From Candidatus Stammera capleta (GTDB taxonomy: Bacteria > Pseudomonadota > Gammaproteobacteria > Enterobacterales > Enterobacteriaceae), in NCBI GenBank assembly GCA_036689335.1, contig CP144796.1, positions 10,338 through 74,337 of the forward strand: a stretch of DNA of 64,000 nt. Reading direction: 5' to 3'. Made by a program: the position numbers and the translations under genes. Under the pieces are notes generated by a model that ran no database searches, had not been told where the DNA came from, and saw nothing but the letters and a program-made list of their open reading frames with translations. Below are positions 1 to 10,033 of this stretch, in pieces; the first letter of the stretch is position 1; each line of letters begins with the position of its first letter.

Positions 1-1
1 T

Positions 2-334
2 CATCGTATTGGTAGAACAGGCAGAGCTAATAAAATTGGTAAGACAATTTTATTTATTAATTTTAAAAATAAAAGGTTTTTATTTCATTTAGAAAGACAT
101 ATAAAAATTAAAATTAAACAAATTAGTATCCCAGATAGAAATTTTTTAATAAATCATCGTATAAATAAATTAATTTTTTTAATTAAAAAAAAATTCAATA
201 ATAAGAAGAAAGGTATTTTTTTTTATAAAAATATGTTAAGTAAAATTATAAAAATTTCAAGTATGAATAATGAAGAAATTAGTATTTCTTTATTAAGTAT
301 AATTTATAAAAAATTATATTTAGATTTTTTTTAA
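2..334 (+). CDS. deaD: DEAD-box RNA helicase DeaD, C-terminal part (5' end outside window)
   Basis: Frame is open from the window edge and begins HRIGRTGRA (helicase motif VI). The tail ...LERHIKIKIKQISIPD... resembles the E. coli DeaD region after motif VI. TAA at 332-334. Confidence 0.8.
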   Translation, partial: HRIGRTGRANKIGKTILFINFKNKRFLFHLERHIKIKIKQISIPDRNFLINHRINKLIFLIKKKFNNKKKGIFFYKNMLSKIIKISSMNNEEISISLLSIIYKKLYLDFF

Positions 335-336
335 AA

Positions 337-408
337 TAGGTGATAATGGAATTGAACCATTGACCTTCTCCTTGTAAAAGAGACACTCTACCACTGAGCT
401 AATCACCT
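337..408 (-). tRNA. tRNA-Val (anticodon UAC)
   Basis: Cloverleaf on the minus strand with acceptor AGGTGAT/ATCACCT and anticodon loop TTTACAA. Close to E. coli tRNA-Val(UAC). No encoded CCA. Confidence 0.9.
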
Positions 409-412
409 TTAA

Positions 413-762
413 TGGAACTGGCGGGATTTGAACCCGCGTCCAAAACAACTTATTCTTTTGATCTACATGTTTATTCTATTTTATTTTTATTAATTATTAA
501 AAATAAAAAAAATTAATAATTAATTAGTTTACTATATAAATTTTTTATAGATGTAAACTTCTATAAAATTTCTCTTTTTAGAAACATTTTTTATATAATA
601 AAAGAGAAAAAATTATTATAAAAAATGGCTTATACAGTTTTTTAAGCTGCTAAAGCATAGTTTTTATTTTTTGCAACTAAATTTTACGGTTTTTTACGCG
701 GCCAACCGTACCTCGACATGCACATTAGAATTTGTATATTTTGTCAAATCCAAAACAGTCCC
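413..762 (-). ncRNA. ssrA: tmRNA (SsrA)
   Basis: The minus-strand 5' GGGACTGTTTTGGATTTGAC...GTGCATGTCGAGGTACGGTTGGCCGCGTAAAAAACCG and 3' ...GGACGCGGGTTCAAATCCCGCCAGTTCCA align with the E. coli tmRNA termini. The acceptor has a G3:U70 pair. An internal tag ORF is present. Confidence 0.93.
642..674 (-). other. tmRNA tag-peptide reading frame (AKNKNYALAA, stop TAA)
   Basis: GCA AAA AAT AAA AAC TAT GCT TTA GCA GCT TAA sits in the position equivalent to the E. coli ANDENYALAA tag. The upstream TAGTT-GCA resume context is conserved. Confidence 0.85.
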
Positions 763-1224
763 TTATATATTATAAGGTTTAAATATTTTTAAATCAATAT
801 TTTTATTTAATTTTTTATTTTCTTTTTCTTTAATATATTTTTTTTTATCATATTTTTTTTTACCTTTTGATAATCCTATAATTATTTTATATCATGGTTT
901 TTTAAGAATTAGAGAAATTAGTATTAATGTGTATCCTTTAATTTTAATTTTATTATAAATTGAATTTATTTCTTTTTTTTTTAGAAGAATTTTAATTTTT
1001 CTTGTTTTTGAAGTATTTTGGTAATTTTTTTGTATTGGATTTATTTTAGTTCCTATTAGATAGGGTATTTTATTTTTTTTTATTTCAATATAACTATTAT
1101 TTATATTTATATTTTTATATTTTATTGATTGTATTTCTCATCCATATAGAATTATACCTGCTTGATATTTTTTTATTATTGTATAATATTGAAATATTTT
1201 TTTGTTTTTTAATATAGTAATCAT
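763..1224 (-). CDS. smpB: SsrA-binding protein SmpB
   Basis: 153-aa frame MITILKNKK..AGIILYGWEIQSIK..TRKIKILLKKKEINSIYNKIKIKGYTLILISL..GLSKGKKKYDKK matches SmpB. It has two in-frame TGA (1138-1140, 892-894) at conserved Trp. The standard-code ORF track misses it. Confidence 0.9.
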
Positions 1225-1357
1225 TTTAAAATTTTATTTATATAAGTTTTTATTGTTTAATTATTTTAATTTAAATATTTTTAAAAAATAAAATTATTTT
1301 GTGATATATAATAATTATTATTATACTATTGACATTAAATTTTGGAGATAAAATAAT

Positions 1358-1978
1358 ATGATTGAAGAAAATAATAATAAAAAAAATAATTCAGATAAAA
1401 TTAATAATGATCTTACTTTAGATAAGAAAATAGATAAAAATATTTTAGAAAAATTAACTAATAAAATATATAAATATAAAAAAGAAATATGTTTTAAAAA
1501 TAAATTAATTAATAAGTTAAAAAATAATTTATTAGATGTTAAAAAAAGAATAGAAGATATAAATTTACGTTCTAAAGCAGAATTAGATAATATGTACAAA
1601 CGTAATCAAGCAGATATTGAAAATGTGTATAAATATTCTTTAGAAAAATTTTTTAAAAATCTTTTACCCGTTATAGATAATTTAAAAAATGCTCTTAAAT
1701 CTAGTAAAAATAAAAATTTAGATAATGTTATTACTTATGAAGGTATTAAATTAACTTTAAAAAATTTTTTGTCTATAATAACAAAATTTGGTGTTTCTAT
1801 AATAAATAAAGTTAATGTAAATTTTGATCCTAATTTTCATCAAGCTGTATCAGTAATTGAATCTGAGAATAAAGATTATAAAGATAATTTAGTTGTTGAA
1901 ATTTTACAGGATGGATATTTACTAAATAATAGATTATTAAGACCAGCAATGGTAAAAGTTATTAAATTTAAAAAATAG
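1358..1978 (+). CDS. grpE: Nucleotide exchange factor GrpE
   Basis: 206-aa ORF with GrpE C-terminal signature ..FDPNFHQAVSVIES..VVEILQDGYLLNNRLLRPAMVKV. Confidence 0.9.
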   Translation: MIEENNNKKNNSDKINNDLTLDKKIDKNILEKLTNKIYKYKKEICFKNKLINKLKNNLLDVKKRIEDINLRSKAELDNMYKRNQADIENVYKYSLEKFFKNLLPVIDNLKNALKSSKNKNLDNVITYEGIKLTLKNFLSIITKFGVSIINKVNVNFDPNFHQAVSVIESENKDYKDNLVVEILQDGYLLNNRLLRPAMVKVIKFKK

Positions 1979-2028
1979 AGAATAATTTTGTTGTATTAAA
2001 ATTATTTTTTTGTTAAAATCTTGATATT

Positions 2029-2100
2029 GGCCCTTTAGCTCAGAGGCAGAGCAGGCGACTCATAATCGCTTGGTCATTGGTTCGAATCCAATAGGGGCCA
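2029..2100 (+). tRNA. tRNA with CAU anticodon, most like tRNA-Ile2 (lysidine-modified)
   Basis: GGCCCTTTAGCTCAG..GCAGGCGACTCATAATCGCTTGGTC.. is nearly identical in its arms to my recollection of E. coli ileX. It lacks the initiator features (no GGG/CCC anticodon stem). No encoded CCA. Confidence 0.7.
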
Positions 2101-2107
2101 TATCTTT

Positions 2108-2797
2108 TTATTTAAGATAGAATTTATTTTTTACTTTCATTTTTTTTGTAAATTCATAAATTAAAGGTATTCCTGTTGGAATATTAAGTTTAACAATATC
2201 TTTGTCAGATATTTTATCTAAATATTTAATTAATGCTCTTAAAGAATTTCCATGTGCTACTATTAGTATAGATAAATTATTTTTTATTTTTGGATAAATA
2301 TTTTTTTTTCAATATGGAATTACTCTATTATATGTATCAAGTAAACTTTCTCCTAAAGGTATTTCTTTATATTTAAGATCTTTATATTTAATTTCTTTAC
2401 CTGGAAATTTTTCGCTTTTACAATCAATTTGTGGTGGTTTAGTAGTATAACTTCTTCTTCATTCTAAAACTTTTTTTTCACCATATATTTCAGCAATTTT
2501 TTTTTTATTATATCCTTGTAAATTTCCATAATGTCTTTCGTTTAATTTTCAAGTTTTAGTAACTTTTATTCATGATAAATTTAATTTATCTAATATTTTT
2601 CATAAAGTATGTATAGATCTTTTTAAAAAAGATGTATATGCATATTCAAAATTGAAATTATTTTTTTTTAGAATAGTACCTGCATTTTTTGCTTCAGTAA
2701 TTCCTTTTTTAGATAAATCTATATCTTTTCATCCTGTAAATATATTTTTTTGATTTCATTTACTTTCTCCATGTCTTATTAAAACTATTTTTTTCAT
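2108..2797 (-). CDS. gpmA: 2,3-bisphosphoglycerate-dependent phosphoglycerate mutase
   Basis: Hand translation [40 protein letters not shown]...[13 protein letters not shown]. About 7 in-frame TGA=Trp. AGGAGA Shine-Dalgarno 8 nt upstream of the ATG. Length is divisible by 3. Confidence 0.9.
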
Positions 2798-2934
2798 TTT
2801 AAATGTCTCCTAATTTATTTTTTATTTTAAATATATTTCTATATATTATATTGTATATATATTATGAATAATATAAACAAAATATTTGTTTATTTTAAAT
2901 ATCTTATATTTGAAATTTTTTAAATATATTTATA

Positions 2935-3303
2935 TTATTTTTTACAATTTTTATTTGCTAGTGTAATTTTTTTTAATAATTTATGTTTTTTAATGTTAAA
3001 TTTATCGTGTTTAAAAAATATTTTTGATAAATATCTAATATTTGTTTTTTTTTTTAATTCTTTTTTGATATTTTTTTCTGATTTTTGTAAATATTTAATT
3101 ATATTTTTTATTATATTAATATTTTTTTGATTTATAAAATCTATATATATATAAATATGTGAAAAATTTTTTGTTAATTTTATATAATTAATACTTAAAA
3201 TATTTTTTTTACCTATTATAAAATTGTATTTTTCAAAAATTATTTGTGTAATTTTTGTTTTTATTTTTTTAATATTTTTTTTATATTTTATTTTAATTTT
3301 CAT
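2935..3303 (-). CDS. rbfA: Ribosome-binding factor A
   Basis: 122-aa ORF directly downstream of infB (E. coli order) with an RbfA-like core ..ILSINYIKLTKNFSHIYIYIDF... Overlaps the infB 3' end by 11 nt. Confidence 0.8.
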   Translation of the reverse strand: MKIKIKYKKNIKKIKTKITQIIFEKYNFIIGKKNILSINYIKLTKNFSHIYIYIDFINQKNINIIKNIIKYLQKSEKNIKKELKKKTNIRYLSKIFFKHDKFNIKKHKLLKKITLANKNCKK

Positions 3304-5092
3304 TTTTTATTATTTTAATACATTCTATAGTATCTCCTATTTTTATTTTATTAAAATTTTTTATGTGTATTCCACATTCAATATTTTTTTTAATTATCAC
3401 AACTTTTTTTTTAAATCTTTTTAATGATTTAATTTTACCTTCATAAATAATATTTTTATTTCTTATAATTTGAATTGGATAAGATATTTTAATACTACCT
3501 TTATTTACTATACATCCTATTATTATATCTAATTTGGATTTATTAAAAATATTTTTTACCTTTGCTTTTCCTACCGTTATTTTATTAGAATATTGAAATG
3601 TTTTTTTTATAATTTTTTTTATTTTGTTAATTAGTTTATATATTATATTAAAAAAATATATTTTTATTTTATATTTTTGTATTTTTTTTTTAATTAAATT
3701 ATTTATTTTAGTATTAAATGAAATTATTATAGATTGAGTTGTTTTTGATAATATTATATCGTTTTCGTTTATTTCACCTATTTTAGCAGAAATTATATTG
3801 ATTTTTTTTTTAAAATTTTTATTTATTAATTTTAATATTGTATCTAATGATCCATATACATCAGTTTTAATTAATATATTTATTTTTTTTTTTTTTTGAA
3901 ATATATTCTCTGTTTTATTTGTGTATATTTTTTTTTTTGAAATTATTTTTTTATTTTTTAAATTAACTATTTTTTTTATTATTTTTTTATTTTTAACTAC
4001 TATGAATTTTTCTCCTGGTATAGGTATTTTAGATAGTCCTAAAATTTCTACAGGCATAGATGGTAGACCATAATTTATTTTTTTATGATTATCGTTACAT
4101 ATTGATTTTATTTTTCCAAATATATTGCCAGATAAAATTATATCCCCTATATTAAGTTTTCCATCTTTTATTAATATATTTGTAATAATTCCTTTATTTT
4201 TGTTTAAGCTAGATTCTATAATAAATCCAGATGCATATTTATTTATGTTAGTATTTAAATTAATATTTTTACTTTCTTTATTTATAGCTTTAAAAATTTT
4301 TTTTATACCTTTAGATGATTTAACTGAAAATTCTACAAAAATATTTTTTCCGCCTCATTCTTTAGGAATTATGTTATATTTACTAATTTTTTTTTTTATA
4401 ACATCAATATTATTATGATAATTTATTTTATCTATTTTAGATAATCCAATTATTGTAGGTATATTATATTTTTTAATATGTTTAATTATTTCTAATGTTT
4501 GTGGCATTATACCATCATCTATAGATATTATTAATAATATTATATCTGTTATATTCATTCCTCTATTTCTCATATTAGTAAATACTGAGTGTCCAGGAGT
4601 ATCTAACAAAGTTATTTTTCCAAATTTATTATTTATATAATAAGCATTTATATATTGTGTAATATTACCTTTTTCTTGATCAACTATTTTACTTGATTTT
4701 ATATAATCTATAAGTGATGTTTTACCATGGTTTACATGACCCATAATAGTTATTATGGGAGGTCTTACATATAGTTTATTTTTTTTTTTATTTAAAATAT
4801 TTTTTTTTTTTAGTTTTATTTTTTCTAATTTTATTTTTTTATTTATATCTTGAACATTTTTTTTTATTTTTTTATTTTTATTTTTTATTTTTTTACTTTT
4901 AAATAGTTTGTTTTTTTTTCTGGTGAATTTTTTATAATTTTTATTGAAAATACTTTTTTTTTTAAAAAATCCTATTTTTTTTTTATTTTTTAATTTATTT
5001 CTTTTTTTTATATTGTTGGTTTTTTTTTTTGTATAAAATATATTTTTTTTTTTACTTTTTTTGTATTTATTTTTATTTATTTTTTTAAACAT
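3293..5092 (-). CDS. infB: Translation initiation factor IF-2 (N-terminally shortened, Lys-rich N-terminus)
   Basis: Two track ORFs (3293-4057, 4355-5092) are in one frame, joined through TGA 4355-4357 in EWGGKNIFVEFS. G-domain MGHVNHGKTSLIDYI, DTPGH and C-terminal PVEILGLS are present. Confidence 0.93.
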
Positions 5093-5125
5093 TTTTTTAT
5101 AAAATAATATTTGTTTATTTAATTA

Positions 5126-6157
5126 TTAATTTTTTATACTAATAATATTTAGTGCTCATCCTGTTAATTTTGATGCTAATTTTATGTTTTGTCCATTTTT
5201 ACCTATAGTTTTAGCTAAATTTTTTGTTTTTACATTTATATCCATTGTTTTGTTTTTTTTATTAATCAATATATTTGATATTTTTGCAGGTAATAAAGAG
5301 TTTATAACAAATTTTTTGGGATTATTATTTCATAATATTATATCTATTTTTTCACCAGATAATTCATTAGATATTAATTGTATTCTTGAACCTTTTAAAC
5401 CTATGCATGCACCTATTGGATCTATATGTTTATTATTAGTATTTACTGCTATTTTAGATCTTAATCCTGGTTTTCTTGATATAGCTTTAATTTTTATGAT
5501 TTTTTTTTTAATTTCTGGTATATTTTTTTTTAATAATTCTAGTAGAAATTTTTTTTTTGTTCTAGTAATGAAAATTTTATATTTTTTTTTTATTTTTTTT
5601 ATTTTATATATTATTCCTTTAATTTTTTTACCTATTTTAAATTTATCATTTTTTATTGAATCTTTTTTTAGAAGTATTACTTTTAAATTAAATTTAATAT
5701 TTATTGATATAGATTTTCTGTTTATTTTTTTTATGTGTCCTGTTATTATTTGACCTTTTTTTTGTTTTATTTTTTTTAAAATAATTATTTTTTTAATTTC
5801 ACGTATTTTTTGTATTATAATTTTTTTTGCTTTTTGTGTTGTTATTCTATCAAAAATTTCTAATTTAATTTTATTTTCTATAATATCTCCTATTTTAATG
5901 TTTTTATTTTTGTGAATGGCTTTTTTATATGTAATTTCTTTATATGGTTTTTTTATTTTTTTAACTACTATTCATCTTCTATATGTATTAAAAGTACCTT
6001 TTTTTCGGTCTATATTAATTTTTATATCTATTTTTTTATTATATTTTTTTTTTATTGCTATAGTTAAAGCTTTTTCTAATGTTTTGAATATTATTTCTTT
6101 TGGTAAAGATTTTTCATTTGATACAGCTTCTGCAACTGCTAAAATTTCTTTATTCAT
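5126..6157 (-). CDS. nusA: Transcription elongation factor NusA (lacks C-terminal AR1/AR2 repeats)
   Basis: N-terminus [31 protein letters not shown] is near-identical to E. coli NusA. TGA at 5972-5974 is the conserved W. The protein ends ..[24 protein letters not shown] after KH2. 343 aa. Confidence 0.92.
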
Positions 6158-6334
6158 TCTAGCTGCCTCAATTATATTTATAAAATAAAGGATATAGATA
6201 TTTGAAATATAAATATTATTTTATTTTAGAAGTTTATTAAATAATTATTATTAATAGTTAATTTAAATTTAATAAATTAATTTATTATATATTAGAAGAA
6301 TGAAATTTTAAAATTTTATTATTATATATTTATT

Positions 6335-6417
6335 TACCGGGAACGGGACTCGAACCCGTATTTTCATAAGAAACTATCTCCTCAAGATAGTGTGTTTACC
6401 AGTTTCACCATCCCGGT
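6335..6417 (-). tRNA. tRNA-Leu (anticodon GAG)
   Basis: Long-variable-arm tRNA with acceptor ACCGGGA/TCCCGGT and anticodon stem-loop CTATC-TTGAGGA-GATAG. It sits just downstream of secG, as leuU does in E. coli. Confidence 0.88.
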
Positions 6418-6472
6418 ATAAAAATTGTTTTTTGTAAAATATTAAGTATAAAAGTTTTTTAATATTTATATA

Positions 6473-6694
6473 TTATTTATTTATTATATTTAGTAATAAT
6501 GCAGTCAAATAAAATAATGTGGCAAATATTATTATAATGAAATTTAATGTATCTTTTAAAAATTTTGTTGTAATAATATTATTATTAACATTAAATGGAG
6601 ATCCTATAATGTTATTTTTACTTGGGGTAAAAATTATTAATAAAATTAAAGAAATACAGATAATAAAAAATATTATTAAAAATATTTTGTACAT
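6473..6694 (-). CDS. secG: Preprotein translocase subunit SecG
   Basis: 73-aa two-TM protein MYKIFLIIFFIICISLILLIIF.. resembling the E. coli SecG N-terminus. Synteny secG-tRNA-Leu(GAG). Confidence 0.8.
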   Translation of the reverse strand: MYKIFLIIFFIICISLILLIIFTPSKNNIIGSPFNVNNNIITTKFLKDTLNFIIIIFATLFYLTALLLNIINK

Positions 6695-6746
6695 ATTTAT
6701 CCTTTAAAAATTGATTAAATTTAAATAATTTTTTATAAAAATTTTT

Positions 6747-8540
6747 TTAAACAGTTTTAGTAAATTTTTTATAAAAAATAATTTTTTTTATATCATTTTT
6801 GTTTAAAGTTTCGTATTTTATTAATTTTTTTTTCATTTTATGTAATATATTTATATTTTTTAAAAGAATTTTTTTAGCACGTAAATAATTTTTGTCTATG
6901 ATCTTTTTAATTTCTTTATCTATTAATTTAGATATATAATTTGATAAAAATGTATTTTTAAAAGTTTTTGTATCATCTTCATCATTATTAGAATATAATA
7001 ATGGACCTAGTTTTTCTGAAAAACCTCATTTAGTTACCATATTTCTTGCTATTGAAGAGGCTATTTTAATATCATTACTTGATCCTATAGATATATTTTC
7101 TTTTCCATATATTATTTCTTCAGCTAATCTACCTCCGTATAATGTAGATATTTTACTTTCTAATTGTTTTTTATTAATATTTATATTATCGTTTTCTGGG
7201 AGAAAAAATGTTGATCCTAAAGATTTTCCTCTAGGAATTATAGTTACTTTATGTACTGGATCGTGTTCTGGAACTAATTGACTAACTATAGTATGTCCAC
7301 ATTCATGGTAAGCAGTTAATTCTTTTTGTGTATCTGACATTATTAATGATTTTCTTTCTGTACCCATTATTATTTTATCTTTAGCTTTTTCGAATTCTTT
7401 CATAGATACGTTATTTAATTTTTTTTTTGCTGCATATAATGCAGCTTCATTAATTAAATTAGATAGATCAGCTCCTGAAAATCCTGGTGTGCTTTTAGAT
7501 ATAATATTAATATCAACATCTTTATTTAAAGGTATATTTTTAGTATGTATTTTAATTATTTGTTTTCTTCCTTTTATGTTTGGTAAGTCAACTATTACTC
7601 TTCTATCAAATCTTCCAGGACGCATAAGTGCTGGATCTAGTACATCAGGTCTATTTGTTGCAGCTATTATTATTATTCCTTTGTTACTATCAAATCCATC
7701 CATTTCTACTAACATTTGATTAAGAGTCTGTTCTCTTTCATCATGACCACTATTTATATTTATTCCTCTTTTTCTTCCTACAGCATCTATTTCATCTATA
7801 AAAATTATACATGGAGAAGTTTCTTTAGCTTGTTTAAACATATCTCTTACTCTTGATGCTCCTACACCAACAAACATTTCTACAAAATCAGATCCTGAAA
7901 TACTATAAAAAGGAACTTGTGCTTCTCCAGCTATAGCTTTTGCTAAAAGTGTTTTACCTGTTCCAGGTGGTCCTATCATAAGTATTCCTTTAGGAATTTT
8001 ACCTCCTAATTTTTGAAATTTATAAGGTTTTTTTAAATATTCTACTAATTCTTTTACTTCTTCTTTAGCTTCATCACAACCGGCTACATCTTTGAATGTA
8101 GTGTTTATATTATCTTTATTTAAAATTTTAGCTTTACTTTTTCCGAAAAAAAATGTTCCTTTACCACTATTTTGTATTTGTTTTATTAAAAATATTCATA
8201 ATCCTGTTAGCAAAATAATCGGTAATCATGATATTAAAATAGATATTATAAAATTAGGTTCTTCTATTGATAAACTGCTAATCTTAATTTTTTTATTTAT
8301 TAATTTTTTTAATAAGTAAGGGTCATTTATTGGTATATAAGTTTTATATTTTTGGTAATTTTTTTTTGTTACGTTAATTTCTTTACCATTTATTTTAACT
8401 TCTCTAAGTTTGTTTTTTTTTATATCTGATAAAAAACTAGAATATTCTATTTTAGGATAATTTTTTTTTTGTCCTATATTTTGAAATGTAGACACTATTA
8501 TTATAGTAATAACTAACCAAAAAAATAAATTTTTTATCAT
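6747..8540 (-). CDS. ftsH: ATP-dependent zinc metalloprotease FtsH
   Basis: 597-aa single frame. Track fragments are joined by TGA (8226-8228, 7026-7028 and others). Walker [22 protein letters not shown], and the HECGH zinc motif are present. Very high similarity to E. coli FtsH. Confidence 0.95.
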
Positions 8541-8561
8541 ATAGTTTAATAATATTTAATT

Positions 8562-9172
8562 TTAATTATATTTAAAGTATAATGCAATTATATATATTTC
8601 TTTAGAAAAATTACGTGAAGATTTTAATTTTTTAATTTTTACGATTTTAAATAGTTTTTTAATTTTTTTTATAGTATAAGAAAATATTTCACTTAAAAAA
8701 ACTTTTATAACCAAATTTCCTTTTTTTTTAATTTTTTTTTACATAAATTTAAAATTGTTTTTATTATTTTTTTAAATTTAGGATTATCTATTTCTTTTAT
8801 TCCTGATATATTAGGAGATATATCAGATAAAATATTGTTTATTTTATATCGAGATGTTTTTTTAATTATTTTATTGAAAATTTTTTTTTTACATATATTT
8901 CCTAATATAAAAATTGTTTTTAAATTTTTATTTATAGGTTTTATATCACAACTAAAAATTTTACCTGTATTTTTTATTTTTTGAGTTAAAAATTGTGTTC
9001 AACCTCCAGGTGAGCATCCTAGATCTATTATATTATCTTGTTTCTTAATTATATTGAAATTTAAATTTATTTCCTGTAATTTAAATCATGATCTAGAAAT
9101 TATTTTGTTCTTTTTTTTTAAATTTATATATTTATCATTTATATGAATATTAATTCATTTTTTTTTTTTCAT
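8562..9172 (-). pseudogene. rlmE: 23S rRNA U2552 2'-O-methyltransferase RlmE/FtsJ, interrupted by a 1-nt frameshift in an A9 tract
   Basis: The N-terminal part (frame of 9172) gives ..RSRSWFKLQEI..DLGCSPGGWTQ..LSDISPNISG... The C-terminal part ..GNLVIKVFLSEIF..KIKKLKSSRNFSKEIYIIA is in the other frame. The switch lies in the T9-A-A-T9 block at 8721-8740, and the uninterrupted frame stops at 8705-8707. Confidence 0.75.
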
Positions 9173-9205
9173 TTTTTTATTTTAGATATTTAATATTGAA
9201 TATAT

Positions 9206-9676
9206 CTATTTAATATTTATTATTTTATATTTTATGTTTCCTTTAATAGTTTTTAAAGTAATTGTTTTATTATTTTTTTTACCTAAAAGCTTTTTAGCTA
9301 AAGGAGAATTTATAGAAATAAGTTTTTTTTTTACATTTGATTCATCATCTCCAACTATTCTATAAATTATTTTTTTATTATTATTTAAATTTATTAATGT
9401 AATTAAAGATCCAAATACAATTTTTTTATTGTTTTTTATTTTTGATATATCTATTATATTTGCATAAAAAAGTTTTTTTTCTATTTCTTTAATTTTTTTT
9501 TCACATATTATTTGTTCTTCCTTAGCAGCATGGTATTCAGAATTTTCTTTTAAATCTCCAAATTCTCTTGCTTTTGATATAGATAATATTATTGATGGTC
9601 TTATAATTTCTTTTAAATATTTTAATTTTTTACGTAATTTTTTTTCTCCTTCTATAGTCATTAGTATTCTTGTCAT
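9206..9676 (-). CDS. greA: Transcription elongation factor GreA
   Basis: 156-aa ORF MTRILMTIEGEKKLRKKLKYLKEI.RP.I...I.KAREFGDLKENSEYHAAKEEQ. Confidence 0.92.
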   Translation of the reverse strand: MTRILMTIEGEKKLRKKLKYLKEIIRPSIILSISKAREFGDLKENSEYHAAKEEQIICEKKIKEIEKKLFYANIIDISKIKNNKKIVFGSLITLINLNNNKKIIYRIVGDDESNVKKKLISINSPLAKKLLGKKNNKTITLKTIKGNIKYKIINIK

Positions 9677-9781
9677 ATATTTTCCTTAGTTTTATTTTAA
9701 AATATATTATTAATATCATAATATTAAATTATTTATTTAATATTTTAAATAATTTTATGTTTTAAAATAAGAATTTGTATT

Positions 9782-10033
9782 TTATATTACGTGGACAAAT
9801 TTTTTTTTATTTTTTCCTTGAATTTTGAATTTTACTTTTCCATTTTTTATCGCATATAGTGTGTAATCTCTTCCAAGTTTTACGTTTATTCCGGCATGAA
9901 ATTTTGTACCTCTTTGTTTGATAATTATATTACCTGAATTTACGTATTCTCCTCCAAAATGTTTTATTCCTAATCTTTTAGAATGAGAATCTCTACCATT
10001 TTTAGTTGATCCACCAGCTTTTTTATGTGCCAT
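9782..10033 (-). CDS. rpmA: 50S ribosomal protein L27
   Basis: [27 protein letters not shown]... signature. Confidence 0.97.
   Translation of the reverse strand: MAHKKAGGSTKNGRDSHSKRLGIKHFGGEYVNSGNIIIKQRGTKFHAGINVKLGRDYTLYAIKNGKVKFKIQGKNKKKFVHVI

Noticed and set aside
2029-2100. The alternative reading of the CAU-anticodon tRNA as initiator tRNA-fMet or elongator tRNA-Met.
   Set aside because: It lacks the three consecutive G:C pairs in the anticodon stem and the 1:72 mismatch that are typical of initiators. Its sequence is closer to my recollection of E. coli ileX than of metT. This is kept as a moderate-confidence call, not a certainty.
5184-5753. A long (189-aa) ORF antisense to nusA. 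Similar antisense ORFs occur at 1321-1599 (grpE), 3224-3424 and 4125-4418 (infB), 7489-7719 and 8092-8319 (ftsH), 40708-41079 (rplP), 41356-41853 (rpsQ/rplN) and 59397-59837 (pgi).
   Set aside because: Each is opposite a well-supported conserved gene. They translate to F/I/L-rich low-complexity sequence, which is what the complement of K/N/I-rich coding sequence is expected to give. I saw no conserved motifs.
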